From positions 177,570,001-177,634,000 of the forward strand of contig NC_058368.1 in assembly GCF_018350175.1 (NCBI RefSeq): a stretch of 64,000 nucleotides of DNA, written 5' to 3'. Source of the stretch: Felis catus. Its lineage: Eukaryota. Every line of letters starts with the position of its first letter. Position 1 is the first letter of the stretch. Positions 49,300 to 62,482 of the stretch are shown one piece after another. The notes below the pieces were generated by a model. It was not told where the DNA came from and searched no databases. It worked only from the letters and a program-made list of their open reading frames with translations. Made by a program: the position numbers and the translations under genes.

Positions 49300-49530
49300 C
49301 TAACCGAAGAAGATCTAATTCCTGGTCACAACTTCATGAAATGATCCTAGAGTTCATCTGGAAGGATAGTTGTGACAAAGGTCATGAAATATTTGAGAAA
49401 AAAGAGTGATTGGCGTGGGGGGCCGTCCTGCTCTACCAGATACCAAAACACATTATCAAGTCACAATACTTAAAATGGCGGGATTGAGTCTAATCCGAGA
49501 GACAAGCATTTATGAGAACGAGAGCACAGA
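49300..49530 (+). mobile_element. Old L1 ORF2 fragment
   Basis: GGRPALPDTKTHYQVTILK resembles L1 ORF2 GGLALPD.KTYYKATVIK. Confidence 0.65.
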
Positions 49531-52500
49531 ACGAAGAGGCCTTTTTGCCTCCGCAGCGTCTCGCAAGATAAACAGGGAGGAGAGTACTATGACTGGCAGC
49601 ATTGCATTGCCCTTTCACAGATGTGGAAACCGAGTCCCAGAGGGTAGGGTGAGTCACACATGACTATCAGGCCCTCCGAGGGGGAAATGTCTGAAGTCTC
49701 AGAGGGAGGGGAACGGGGGTCAGGAGAGCTTGAGAGCAAAAGCAAGACCTTCTTTTCCTTCGGAGGTGAGAGCAAGCGACAAGCCAGGCAGAGAAACGGT
49801 CCCCACATCGGCACCCTTAACAGGCATCATTAACCCCTCTCTGTACTCTTCCTGACTGAACAGAGGCAGCCTGAAATTCTTATTAATGCAGAGCAGTGGC
49901 CAGTCAGCGAGGACTGACTCATGAGATGAAAATACTTGCCATCTCAATCTGGGTCAAACCACCTTCCCTTGCAGACAGTGACCCAGGGTGTGGAGTGGGG
50001 CTCTGTCACACCACACTGTGTCTGGAACCCTCCCGGCTGCTCAGCCAAACGTACTCCCATCCTGTGTGACCCTAAGTCAGCTGGGGCCGCCCTTCCCCTT
50101 AATCTCCGGACACAGCCCCCCCAGCCCCACTGCACACGGGGCTGCAGGAGACCCGTGACCTCCCAAAGGCTTCTGAGGACATCGGAGCGCACGCCTCTCT
50201 TCCACCAGTCGCTCTCTGTCTCCTCCAAAAGCCCACTGCCGGCTGCTCTGGGTCACTTCGCCTCTCCGATCACCCCAGCTGCCAGCCACTGGCCCCTCTT
50301 CACCCTGCTTTTGCCCAGGAGTGGACACGGCCCCTTCTCCTCCATTCCCCAAAGCACCCCGAATACGGGGCTCTGGGCCGTGACAGAGGAATATTCCCGC
50401 CAAGAACAGAGCTCAGTTTAAAACTAGGGACAGAGCATTATTAGAGTTTGTTGGCCCTTTGCCCCAACAAAAGGAATCCTTGGCATGTTTCTTGGAAGAC
50501 CCTTCTCTCCCTCTCCTTTTCCCTAAAATACCCTAACTCGCGCTGTGGGGCAGTGTCCCGTGGAAGGAACCTTCACAGTCAGGGCACCTCCACGGAGTCC
50601 CTGCCTTCGGGAAAGCCTCCAGCACACCGTGGCTCAGGCTGCCCCCCGCCCCCTGCCTGAGTAACTCTTCTATTGCTCCCCTCATCTCTTCTCGTCCTCA
50701 GGATAGTTTTTCTCTTTGCCCAGGACCCTCCCCGGCTGAGTTAGGAGCCCTGCCTCAAGGATCCCACAGGCCACTTACATTATCAGGTTGGAGTTGGTCT
50801 GTGGGTTTGTCCGGACGGCTCAGATTATTACTATTGTTGTTTGGAACCTTTAACTTTTCTGATTCACGCTCCCCCCTCCCCCCCACACACACATTTTTAA
50901 AATAAGCTTTTAATTAGTTTTCCAGGTCTTGGAAAATGGAACGGTTCACACAAATATCAACATTTCTGACCTGGCTTTAAACACCAGAGGCTCTGGCTTT
51001 GGGGCCCTCAAGACCAGTGACTAGGCTGATGGCAGTGACCTCAGTGGCCAGCCACTGGGCCCCCTTCACCATCCTGAGGTGTATCTCTGCAGCTCAGCAA
51101 ACAATAGGGAACACCATTCCCTGTGGCCCAACACACAGCCCCTCACTCACTCACCTTGTCCGTCTGGCCCTGTGCCACGTGGGCCGGTGGCCCCGGTGCC
51201 GTTTGCGTTGCATGTCCCCGAGCTCCCTTTGCCTCTCTGCACCGTGAGCCCCAGTTACTCACCTACATAAAGGGGGTGGGAGCACGGGCGGTCCTGCCTC
51301 ACAGGGTTGTTGTAAGGATTCAGTACAGCCTTGCTCAGCCCTGGCCTGATTCCCAACGGCCCACACATTACTGGTTCCAGTGTCCCCAACCCCCACCTGA
51401 CCCACCAAACTCTCCCCAGTTGCGGGGGTTTGGTGTCCACACTGCAGCGGAACTTAGTCACCCCAGTGTCACGGCACAAGTCAGAAAATCCCAAAGATTC
51501 AGCCCTTGGGAAGGACCAAGGTGGATCCAAGGCAGACCTGGGATCGGGAAGTTATTATGCCAAAAGAGCGCCTCACATGGGGCAGGGACCCTATCCCACC
51601 CTAGTGCTTCTGTCCTGCACAAACCGCCATGGGACCATTAGTTCACCTCACGTGACCACAGGCGGCTCTGGCATCATACCCAGGAGCAGCTGCGGGACTG
51701 AGGTGGGACTGGGGCTGCTTGATGGGGTGCTTTGGGGAAAGGACTGATAGACATGGCGGGGGCCCAGGTCACCATCCCCCAAGCCAGTTCCGCCTCTTGG
51801 CTGCCACTGCCTACGACAGCCCATGTGTCCCAGAGATCTCCAGTAAGGGCTGATCTGCAGTCAGATCTCCAGTCAGATCTCCAAGAGTGTCCTCTCCAGG
51901 GGAAAGACATTCACCATTCAGTTACTGAGGCCCGGACTGAGACAGGATTAGCTTGTCTGGAAGTCAGTGCAGCACATAGAGGGGGCAAGCAGTGGGCAGG
52001 GGGCCAGAAGAACTGGGATCATCTCCTGCTTTGCCCCGAACCAGGTCTGGGCCCTTGGCCAAGTCTCTGCTCCTTTCTGGGGCCCAGAGAGGAGAGGCAT
52101 CCAATCAAGGGTCTTCCAACAGTGGCCTGGGAAGTCTCAGGCTTCTGTGTCCCCACCTCTGCTTCTGCCCGCTTTTCTCTCTTAAATTTTGGGATTCTGG
52201 ACAAGATAGGTTCAAATGAGTAAGTTTGGGCAAGGCTGCTGGCCTTGTTGAGCCTCAGTTTCCCCACCTGTAAAATGGAAATCACACCAGAACATATCCC
52301 CACTGGGTAGTTTCAACTATCGGGTGAGCTCACGTATTCAGAACACTTGGTGTTGTCCCTGGCATATGGTAAGTACTTCAGGGATGTTACCTACTCGTAT
52401 AATTATTAAAAGACCCTACGGAATGCTTTAAATTTGCAACCATTCACTTTGATGGTCTCTGATCACCTCAGTCCTAGCTGCTATCTCCAGTTTCCATCCC

Positions 52501-52816
52501 AGCCATCATCCCCCACCTCAGTGAATGACTCTGGGAGCCATGGAGCCCTCAGCCCTGGGCCTGAGATTGATTCATGAATGCTGGCTCCAGCCCCGTCACG
52601 GTCTAGCTGGGTGACCTTGGGTAAGTAATTTCACTTCTCCCAACCTTAGTTTATCGTCTGTTGAGTGGGGATGATGGCACTGTGTACCTCTCAGTGGTGC
52701 TGTGGGGATTGGTATAGCACCTGACACAAATAAATACTCCATAAATGGCTGTTATCATTAAATTCAGTTGGGGTAAGCATTTTGGTTTTGTTTTTTAATC
52801 ATGTTTTGGGGAGTGA

Positions 52817-52836
52817 TGGGCGCCCTCTAGTGGTGG
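52817..52836 (-). promoter_or_regulatory. CTCF binding motif
   Basis: minus strand CCACCACTAGAGGGCGCCCA matches the core CCACYAGRKGGCGC without mismatch. Confidence 0.75.
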
Positions 52837-53631
52837 AGCCCCACACGGAGGGGTGTCTCAGCCTTCAGCTGGGGGGGTAGGACAGTAGTGAAGGGAGGAC
52901 AGTTGTGACCTAGATCTTAGAGGTGACCTTCTTGGGACTGGGGATGAGTCTCCACCCAAGGCCACCACAGGTGGGCCTGGAACCAGTGATCTGTAAGCTG
53001 GCGTGGCAGGGAGGGCAGAGTAGAGAGCTCCAGGTTAGAACCCTGGGAAATCTCTGCAAAGAAAAAATGGTGCCCAGCACGGAGCTAGGAGGCCGGCATG
53101 AGAGAGTGCAAAGGCAGTTCTCCTTCTTCCTTCTTCTACTGCTAGATGCTCCGTTTTACAGATGGAGAAACTGAGGCCCACAGAGGGCGAGGGACCCTCA
53201 TGAGGTCACGCAGGGCATGCAAGGCAGCAGCCTGGAACCTGGACTCCAGGTCCAGTGCTCTCTGCCCTACAAGGTCAGCTTAGCCAAGCCAGGCAGTGGG
53301 GAGCAGAGGACATTTCACTGAATCATAGAGTGAAGTTTCGAAGGAGAAGGAAAAAAGAAGCAGCAGGCAGAGTTCCCAGGGCTGGAGCTCTGCCCAGCTG
53401 GTCCCAGGGCTCAGGGAGGGCGGGGATGACGCAGCCTGGGCCCGTGGCAGTCTCAGGAGCACCATTCGCCGGGAATCTGCCTGTGGCGGCAGCCAGAGGG
53501 GCTATGGAGGCTCCGGGAAGGATGGCTGAGCCGGCGGCCCAGGCTGACTCCATGGGGGCTCTCTGTGTGGGGCGCAGTGTGTGCTCAGGGTCTCCTCACC
53601 CTTCAGCACCTCTCAGCACCCCACCCCCCCC

Positions 53632-53652
53632 CACACACACACAACACACACA

Positions 53653-53686
<34 letters not shown>
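53632..53686. repeat. Interrupted (CA)n microsatellite
   Basis: about 55 bp CA run with two interruptions, preceded by a C run. Confidence 0.95.
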
Positions 53687-55056
53687 AGCACCCAGGCCCA
53701 GCAAGGAGGGTGTGCCTGCGTGGGCAGCAGAACCCTCCTCAGCAGGGAAGGGGTCAGCCTGGAGCAGGCCCATGAGAGGGGGCGGCCATGAGCAGGAGTC
53801 CAGGCCCAGCTGCCGGCTGAGGCCGAAGTCTGAGTCTGTGGATGCAGCCAGCTCACTTCCCCCGCTCCAAAGGGCCCCCATCCTGTCGTCCAACCTGGGA
53901 GACCTCGCCCACTGTGTGTCCTAAAAACTTTCTCATGCATTATAGCTCAGCTGAGATTCACACTGCCTCTGTCGGATCTTCCCAGCCCACAGACAGGGAG
54001 ACTGAGGCCTGGAAAGGGAAAGGGACTTCAGGGCTCTGGGAGTATTTCTACCGCCCTCAACTACCCATCATTCTTGGGATCTGTGGAATTAGGCTAGTGG
54101 GAGGCAAGAGTAGATTCTGTTCAGCCAGAGAAGGCCACTGGCCTCCAAGACCCCGGCAAAAAGCCAGTTCCAGCTCCCACCCCAGCATTCACCAGGCACC
54201 AGCTCCCAACGTGCGTGCAATCCCAGAGCAAGCTACGGAAGGATCCAGCACATGATGACAGAAAGAAAGCAGGCTTTGGCACCAGTTGGATCTGAGTTCA
54301 AATCCAGACTATCAACCGTTGTACCTGTTCTAATCACGTTAGCTGCATTCACTGATGGAACCCTTATAATAATCTTCTGATATCGTGTCACTGATGGCTC
54401 CATTTACAGGTAAGAAAACTGAGACACAACTGGAAATGGGCAGAGTGGAGATTTGAACTCTGCCTCTCTGGTCCCTTCAATACAAGCTACAATGTCCGTT
54501 TATGAAGTATGAAAAACAGATCGTAGATGTGAGATGTGCTATGGGCCTGGGAACTTTGGGTTGAGTGGGGTGATGTCCCCAGAAGAGAAGACATTGAGAG
54601 TTGGAGTACTCAGAAGACAGCCCAACTGGGGGACACCCATCCCTGCCGGGATCCATTCTGGCCACCCAGATATGCTGGGTCTGGGAGACCAAAAGGACAC
54701 TGAGTCAGGACAGGCCTCTGGTTGGTGTCTAGGGTCCCAATTCACAGCCCCAACCCGGACCCCTCACCAAAGTCCTCTCCTCCTTAGTAATTACTGATGC
54801 ACTCCTCTGGGCCTGGCCCAGGTCTGGACACTCAGGACAAGGCAGATGAGGGACCCTACCCCATGGCCCTCTCAAGTGAGAACAGGTCCAATGGGATGCC
54901 ATTGTGGTGAGGAGGCAGGAAACCACTGCATCTCTGTGAGGGGGCGGCCCCTCTGCCTTTGGGAAGGCACTGAGCTCTGACCCCAGGGCTGAGAGGCTGA
55001 GATCTCTCACCCCCCATGCTCAGCCCAAGAGTTGCCCATTTAAAAGATCTGCCCCT

Positions 55057-55308
55057 GAGGCGCCTGGGTGGCTCAGTCGGTTGAGCGTCCGACTTTAGCT
55101 CAGGTCATGATCTCGCGGTCCATGAGTTCGAGCCCCACATTGGGCTCACCACTGTCAGCAAAGAATCTGGAGCCTGCTTTGGATTCTGTGTGTCCCTCTC
55201 TCTCTGCCCCTCCCCTGCTTGCACTCTGTCTCTCTCTCTCTCTCTCTCTCTTTCTCCCTCTCTCTCTATCTCAAAAATAAATAAACATTAAATAATAATA
55301 ATAATAAA
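55057..55308 (+). mobile_element. Can-SINE with long CT tract and (TAA)n tail
   Basis: imperfect TSD taaaagatctgcccc/taaaaggtctgacccc. Confidence 0.95.
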
Positions 55309-55790
55309 TAAAAGGTCTGACCCCATCAAGAAGAGAGATGGGTAAGGCCATTTCCCACCATGTGCTCCCATGGGCTGCAGCTGCAAAACTCCTGACTTTC
55401 ACACCTCCAGGCAGAGCTGGGGATGGGGAGCCGCTCGGCTCCTCCCTCAACCTCTAGGCCACCCCCCAGGTCCCTGTTGGTTGGTCCTGGCCTCTCGGCG
55501 GCCCCAGTTATCCCGTCCACTCTTGATCCTGTTCCCTGGCTGGGACTCCTGGCTGGGCTGCCGCAGCCCTTCCCACTCCGTGCTTGGCAAAGGGGTGAGT
55601 GTCTGTTCTCAAACCGGGCCCAGGGGGCTGGCCAGGGCCAGTGATGGGAAAGGGGGTAGAGGGCGGGGCTGTCTAGAGGGAACCCCCTTCCCTGAGGAGC
55701 TTGCTTCGCCCACCACCGCGCTGTGGGGTTAGCGCAGGCGGAAGGGAAACTAGCCCACACTTGAGGGCTGGAGAGCATCTATCTCCACAG

Positions 55791-55925
55791 GAGATGAAGC
55801 AAGTGGTTAGGCTTCTAGAACTGATTGACCAAGGAGAGTCCAGACTCCTGCGAGAACGGGAAGACCCCATCTTCCTAGGCAGGCTCAGCCTTCCATCACA
55901 GGAGGGTAGGAAGCCAGGAGCCCAG
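55791..55925 (+). other. Candidate 135-nt exon
   Basis: acceptor ctatctccacag, donor CAG|gtgagc, open in phase 0. Confidence 0.3.
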
Positions 55926-56034
55926 GTGAGCACCACTCTGCCCCTGGCAACTTGAAGGCCCATTATACGCCTGACACCAGTCCACGCCTGTACCTGCCCC
56001 CCTTCCCTCAAGCTCTCACCCAACTAGGAGAACA

Positions 56035-56200
56035 AGTTAGAACCTGGGCTTTGGAGTCTGACAACTGCTAGGTTCAAATCCTGGCTCCACCACTTACCAC
56101 CTGTGTGATCTTGAACAAGTCATGTCGCCTCTCTGGGCCTTGCTTTCGTCATCTATAAAATGGTGATAATAGTACCCGCCTCAGGGGGCTGTCGTAATGA
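56035..56200 (+). mobile_element. MIR
   Basis: tgggctttggagtctgac...ggttcaaatcctggctccaccacttac...catctataaaatgg. Confidence 0.88.
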
Positions 56201-57057
56201 GTGGAGAGTGGGCTCGTTCACTTCGTGTTCATCTCTGTGCATCCGTCTGCCCTGCACACCCACCTGTCTCATGGGTCCCATGGAGCCCCAGGCGAGGATT
56301 CCTGACCTCCGCAGCAGTGGGGAAGTCCTTCCCCTCGAGCTCTACTATTCCCCTGCCTGTTCACAGTGTGTGTTCAGCAGGGAAGCACAGAGCTATACTG
56401 TAGCCTCTTGCAGGAAGAATCACAGACCCTTGCCACTGAGGCTGCCCGGGACCCAGCCCAAGGCCTCTCTGTTGCTGTCACCTACTGGAAGCAAAGTGAG
56501 GCAGAGAGGGGCCACGAGAGGGGGATGGTTTTCCCCCCATCTGGAACAGAAGGCCCAAGGTCAAGGTTCTGCCTCCCACTCCTAGCAGAATGACCTCCCT
56601 CCTTCTGAGACTGGCTTTCCCATTTGCGAAGTGGAGCGCATAGAAGGGTCCCCAGAGACTCCAGCGTGAAGGTGGTTTGCGAGCCTCAGTTGAGTAAGGC
56701 CAAGGGCTGCAGATTCAGGCCTCCAGGCTGCCCTTGCCTTTGTTTGCTTTATTGAGTAAAAGAAAATACTTTGAACATTTTATGGGGACTTGGGGAGGGG
56801 AGGAGGGGTCAGGGAGAGGCTTCATCCAAGAGAAACAGCCTCCGAGGAGGATCCTGCCAAGAAAACCCAAGGGCGGGGGCCAGGAAGGTTCTCCTCTGAG
56901 CGTGGCCAAGGATGGGAGCTTGAGGGGACACAGGAGCCAGGAGAGAAGACAGAGCGCTGTCTGCGCAGGGGGGAAGGGACCCCGCGGCCCATGGTGTCCT
57001 CCCCGGGTAATGAACCAAGACAGCCCCTTTCCCCAACCCACTGAAGCCTCTTTCTGT

Positions 57058-57075
57058 GCTGCTGCTGCTGCTGCT
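57058..57075. repeat. (GCT)6 trinucleotide repeat
   Basis: perfect GCT run. Confidence 0.9.
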
Positions 57076-58709
57076 GTCTCTGCCCCCGGGGCCCACCTCA
57101 GAACCCCCCAGCTCACCCATTCACTCCCACTCAGGCAAGTTCATTCATTCCCTCCAGCCGTCACTGACTCATTCATTCATTAGCACAGGCTGCCACTTTC
57201 CTGTTCATTCATTTCCTCACTGGCTCATTCATTCATTCATTCATTCACTGATGCATTTGCTCAGAGGTGAACAGCCATAGCCCCTACCTTCAAAGCCTTC
57301 TCGAATTAAGACATGCCCCCTGCAGAAAATCTCTGAGAGAGAGCCCACCTGAGACTGCGGAAGGCCAACAGGTCAGCTGCGAGAGCCTCAGAGAGAAAGG
57401 GGGATTCTGGAAAGGGGAGGGGAGGGCACCGGGTAGTGAAGGAGGAGGAGACACAGGCCAGGAAGATGGCAGAGAGGTGGCACAGTGTGTTTCAGAAGGG
57501 AGAGAGGAGCCAGAAAGGGGCAGAGCTCGTCACCCACAGACCAAGCCAACCTTGGCTCCAGCAGGGCACATCAGTATCCCCCCAGGACTGCTGTGGGCCC
57601 TGAACACTAACCAGGCCAAGATCCCGTGGAATTACGGGCATTCCCCATGGACCTTCTTTCTCCAGAGGGCTCCAGGCCCTTGATTCCCAAGGAACTGGGG
57701 TCAGACACCAGCTGGGCCTCTCTCATGCAGCCCAGGGAAACCCTGGAGTGCCCCTATCTCCCCCACCCCTCAGGAAACCCCAGTGCTTCCTGCTGTCTGG
57801 GTTGCAGAGCTAAAATCTTCCTCTGGGCTCCAGTCCTCAGAGACCACAGGTCTTGAAATTCAAGCTCAGAGATTGCCAAAAGGAGGAGGAAGAGAGGTAG
57901 AAGTTGAGGGGGGAGAAAAGAGGGCCTGGAAAGTGGGCAAAGCTGGCTTCCCAGCTCTGTGGTTTATAAGTGGATGCCTGTCCCTTGCAACAGGGGACGC
58001 CTCCAGGGTACAGCCCAGCCCCTCCCAGTGAGGGCCCTGGTTCTAGGCCATGTCTCCACTCTGTGCTATCTTTTAACCAACTGCGTGACTCTCCCCTGGA
58101 AAATCACTCAGGCCTTTGCCTCAACTTAGCACCCGAAGGTGTTGAAAACTCTCAGGTCACCACTCCTGCTGGGGCTACTGGCTGTCACCCAGAGCTTCAG
58201 GGGAAAAGCCCAAGATGACAGACAAGCTCTCTACTTACTCCTCAAAGCATAGCAGCAAGAGGGAGATTAGAATGCAAGGGTCATCTCTGCCCTTTACTGA
58301 GTGATCTTGGGTCAAATACTCTCTCTGAACTTCAGTGTCAATGGGGACAATAATAGATATGATAATACTAAGAGTTTTATGGCCATTTTACAGATTAGGA
58401 AGCTAAACTCAGAGACGGTAGGTCACTTGCCAAAGGTGATCAAGAAACAAAGGAAAGAGCAAAGACTCCTACCCAGCCACTTCATCTCCAGAGCCTGAAG
58501 ACTGACCTATCACACTGAATCTCACAGTGTTTCACACATTCATTGAACGAATGAATATGGAGTGTTTCCTTGTGCTGGGCACTGGGCATAGAGAGAGAAA
58601 GCTTGTGCCTGCTCTCAAGGATCTTCCAGCTTATTGAGGGGGACAGTAAGTAACCAATAATAATGGAGCTTGATTGTTGTTATAATAGATTTATTACAAG
58701 ATGCAGGGC

Positions 58710-59010
58710 ATATTAGGGCATTCAATGTAAGCTGCTTTAACAAACAACCCCAGCCTCTCAATGGCTTAACAAGATATCGCAGGGTGCAATGCTTCTGCTC
58801 CATGTAATCATTATGAGATCCATGCCTCCTTGGAGTCTTCTACTGGAATCCTCTACAGGATGTCAGCCAATGAGCAAGAGAGAGGCATCGTGGACAACCG
58901 CATGGAACGTTGTATGGCCTGGCCCCAGAAATCATGTACCTCACTTGCCCATGTCCCATTGGCTAGAGTCAGTCACACTGCCCCACTTAACTGCAAGGGA
59001 GGCTGGGAAT
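58710..59010 (-). mobile_element. MaLR LTR (MLT1J-like)
   Basis: aagctgctttaacaaacaacccc...ccattggctagagtcagtcacactgccccacttaactgcaagggaggctgggaa. Confidence 0.75.
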
Positions 59011-59290
59011 TGAGGAGCCAGGATTGATGCTCCGCTGGCAGGCCTCTGCCACCATGGGGAGGACAAGGGAGAAAGTAACTGAGCCTCTCTGATTGAGCAG
59101 AGAGGCTTCCCACAGGAAGTGAGGATTGAACCAAGTTCAGCAGTGAAGTAGGCAGTGAGAGGGCATTCAGGCAGAGAGAGCTGCGTGCACAGAGCTGCAA
59201 GATCATCTATCCAAAAGTGCTTTGAGATGAATTCTATAAATCAAAGTTCTCATGATTGGGTAATTTCCTAGGAAGTAAAGGGAAGGAAGG

Positions 59291-59760
59291 TATCTTAGGT
59301 CAGCTTGCCCAGAACAGACTCTAAGCTAAGTGTCTGTGGGCAAGTGATTTATTAAAGAACTGGTTTCAGGAAGAGATTGGGAGGAGGAAAACAGGGAAAG
59401 AAAGGAGTCAAGCCAGGATACAAATGGAGGCAAAGGCCTAGGCTCAGCCTGATCCCGCAGCGAGACTCGGAACAGACATTATCCCCTGAGTTTGTACAGA
59501 CCAAGGCATGGAAACTGGGCTTCTGCACTCCAGTACCAGCCAGTCAGTGGGCAAGGATGCCCTGGTACAGAGCTAAGGGAGAATGTAAGCTCCATCTCTC
59601 AGCATCTGGGTGAGGCATCACCAGTCAGGCCAGTAGGCACAGAGAACACAGAAGCCAGGGGAGGAGCTCAGAGAGACAGCAAAAGGGGACAGAATCAGGG
59701 GCTGGGTGGGAGAAGCTGGACAGAGCAATGGCAGCGTTGGCTGCAGAGGCAGAGCGGCAC
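59291..59760 (-). mobile_element. ERVL-class LTR (LTR33/LTR41-like)
   Basis: tatcttaggtcagcttgcccagaacagactct...caagtgatttatt is a reverse LTR 3' end with polyA signal. Confidence 0.65.
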
Positions 59761-60492
59761 CCCAGAGGAAGGGGACCTGGCTTGACACGAGGGCTTGGCA
59801 AATCCCACTTAGTACCAAAGACCATACCCTTAGGGCCTCTCTAGCTGGAGGCAGGTGGAATTGAGGAAGCAATGTGGATTCTGAGTCCCAATCCTGACTC
59901 TGCTACTGGGTGAGGGTAAGTGTGTGGACAGCCGTCTGAGGGCAGCACCCTCCTTTTATTTACAAATAAGAATGAAAACACTAACTTGAAGGGTTGTGCT
60001 GAAGATTAGAGGCAAGGCCAGGCGTACACAGAAGGCATTTAATAGATGCTGGCCGCCCTTACCATTTTGCTCCTTGAATCCAAAACCCTGAGCCTCAGTT
60101 GATCTACAGCAGTTACCTGCATGGGTTATGAGGGAAATATTTCACCCGTGACACAGGACGTGATCTGATTCCCACCCTCTCCCCGGTCCTGAAGGCCCCA
60201 GGAGGAGTTGGAAGGGGAGGAGGCACCTGCTAAAAGCCTCTGACCCAGGAAGTGCTTTCCCACCCAGTGACTTCAAGATCCACCATCCCCACACTGTCAG
60301 AACTGGAAGGCACCTTACAGATCACTCAGGCCATTATTTAACAGATGGGGAAACTGAGACCCAAAGAAAGGAAGGAATTTTCCCAAGGCCCCACAGTCCC
60401 CAAAATAGAGCAGGCCAATAGGTTGCACCTCATGTGCCAACTCTAGGAGACTGGTAGTGATCTTGAGGACTGTAATAAGTGGTCAGCGTCTT

Positions 60493-60700
60493 GGGGCACC
60501 TGGGTGTCTCCATCGGTTGAACGTCCAAGTCTCGATGACAGCTCAGGTCATGATCTCACGGTTCAGGAGTTCGAGCCCCGAGTCGGGCTCTGTGCTGATA
60601 GTGCAGACCCGTCTTGGGATTCTCTCTCCCTCTCTCTGCCCTTCTCCCACATGTGCTCTCTCTCTCTCTAGATAAATAAATAAACTTAAAAGAAAAAAAG
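60493..60700 (+). mobile_element. Can-SINE (older subtype)
   Basis: ggggcacctgggtg head, gctcaggtcatgatctcacgg, CT tract, A tail. Confidence 0.92.
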
Positions 60701-61338
60701 AGAGAGTTCTGGGTCTTTATCGGGACTCAGTGGGAAAGACTGCCAGACTCCATTATGCGGCCCTGGGTGGGGTTGAGAGTATGTCCTAGGTATTGACAGT
60801 CCTTCAGAAGAAGATGAAAAAGTACACTGGACTTCCTCACCCACTTCTGCCTTCTCCCTAAAAGGTTTAGTGACATTCATAGAATATGGTTTCAAAATAA
60901 GTCGAAAAGACTGAGGAGACAAAAATCTAACGTCCAAAATTGTGAAACCACTTCATGAAAGCTGAAGCGTAGAGACTGTAACTCGTGGTGGAAACCCTGG
61001 CATCCAGTAAGTGGCTCACGTGTCCTGAATCAGAGCAGACATTTGTTGTTCCAATTTCCCCCTCTTTAGAGAGTCCTAATTTCCTCTTGCAGAATTTCCT
61101 GTTCTTCCCTGCGCACGTTCTATTGTATCTGTTCTAACCTGCCTCCTCCCACTCCACCCAAGCCTAGAATTTGAATCTTACACAGAGAGACGCCAAGATT
61201 GGAACTGTGGGGGCTCATCCCGCAGTGGCTCGCAGACCAGCTATTCAGACTCCAAATGACGAGATGCCCCATTGCACATCACTCTACTGCCTGTGTCTCT
61301 TGCTAGTCAGTAAGTTCTTTAAGAATGGGGATTCTGTC

Positions 61339-61559
61339 GGGGCACCCGGGTGGCTCAGTCAGTTGAATGTCCGACTTCAGCTCAGGTCATGATCTCACGG
61401 TCTGTGAGTTCGAGCCCATCGTCGGTCTCTGTGCCAACAGCTCAGAGCCTGAAGCCTGCTTCGGATTCAGAGTCTCCCTCTGTCTGCCCCTCCCCCACTC
61501 GTGCTCTGTCTCTCTCTCTGTCAAAAATTAATAAACATTAAAAAAATTAAAAAAAAAAC
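61339..61559 (+). mobile_element. Can-SINE
   Basis: perfect 17-bp TSD aagaatggggattctgt. Confidence 0.97.
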
Positions 61560-61689
61560 AAGAATGGGGATTCTGTTTTGCTAATATATTTCCCAATGCC
61601 TAGCAAGATCCCTGAACATAGTAGGCATTTAATCATTTTTGCCATTCTGGAATGAATTAATAAATGCATGAATATGAGAAAATATACAA

Positions 61690-61885
61690 GTTCTGAATCA
61701 GAGGACAGGATTTAAACACTAGCCCTCCTTCTCACTAGCCATGTAACTTTGTACCAGCCTGTTACCTCTCTGAACCTCAGTTTTCTCATCTATAAAATGA
61801 CCCAATTACACACACTTCTCAGGACTGTTGAGAGGTTTAAATGAGATGATGGGTGTGAGAGTGCTTTATAAATTGTAAATAATGT
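61690..61885 (+). mobile_element. MIR
   Basis: acctctctgaacctcagttttctcatctataaaatga core. Confidence 0.85.
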
Positions 61886-62482
61886 GCAGAGAGTAGTTAC
61901 CCTCATCATGAAACTGAGGATCTTCCTTAGGTTGGTAATAGGCCTGGATAATGCAAATAAAAGTCCGCCCTAGCAGGTTATTAGGGTCATGATGAAGCAG
62001 GCATTGTCCTTGTTCCAAAACAGTTTGTGATTCAATGTCTGTGTCATGTTGAAAGTCACAGAAAATTTAATTAAAAAATAAAGAGAATCTGTTGACTCAA
62101 GACACTGGAAAACTTTTGGTGCTGGCTTTAGGTAAGGTTTCATCAAGTAGCTTAAATGATATCACTAAGGATCTAGTTTCTAAGCAGAAAGACTGTGGCC
62201 AAATACTGATTGGTGGCCTGGTGACTGAGTACACAGTAAGAATATAGGACATTTTTGTTGAAAAGAAAAATTGCCCTTAATCTCACATATGGAATAAATA
62301 GAAACTTTGATGATTCAAGAGTCAAGGTCTTTGGTTGCCTACAGCAGAAATTAACTTAGGCGAAAGAAATTTATTGGAAGAACTGATAGAGAGGTCAGAG
62401 AATAAGGCTTAGAAATGCACAGGAATCAATGACTGGCAGAGCCAGCTCAGCCTTGTAAGCCACAGCAAAGAATCCCAAGGTC

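Noticed and set aside
49472..49481. YY1 motif AAAATGGCGG
   Set aside because: Single short motif inside an L1 ORF2 relic with no supporting context
51852..51884. 12-bp unit repeated about three times (gatctccagtca)
   Set aside because: Simple slippage duplication with no spacers and no associated gene
53255..53940. 178-aa and overlapping ORFs
   Set aside because: GC-rich chance ORFs crossing a CA repeat, open on both strands
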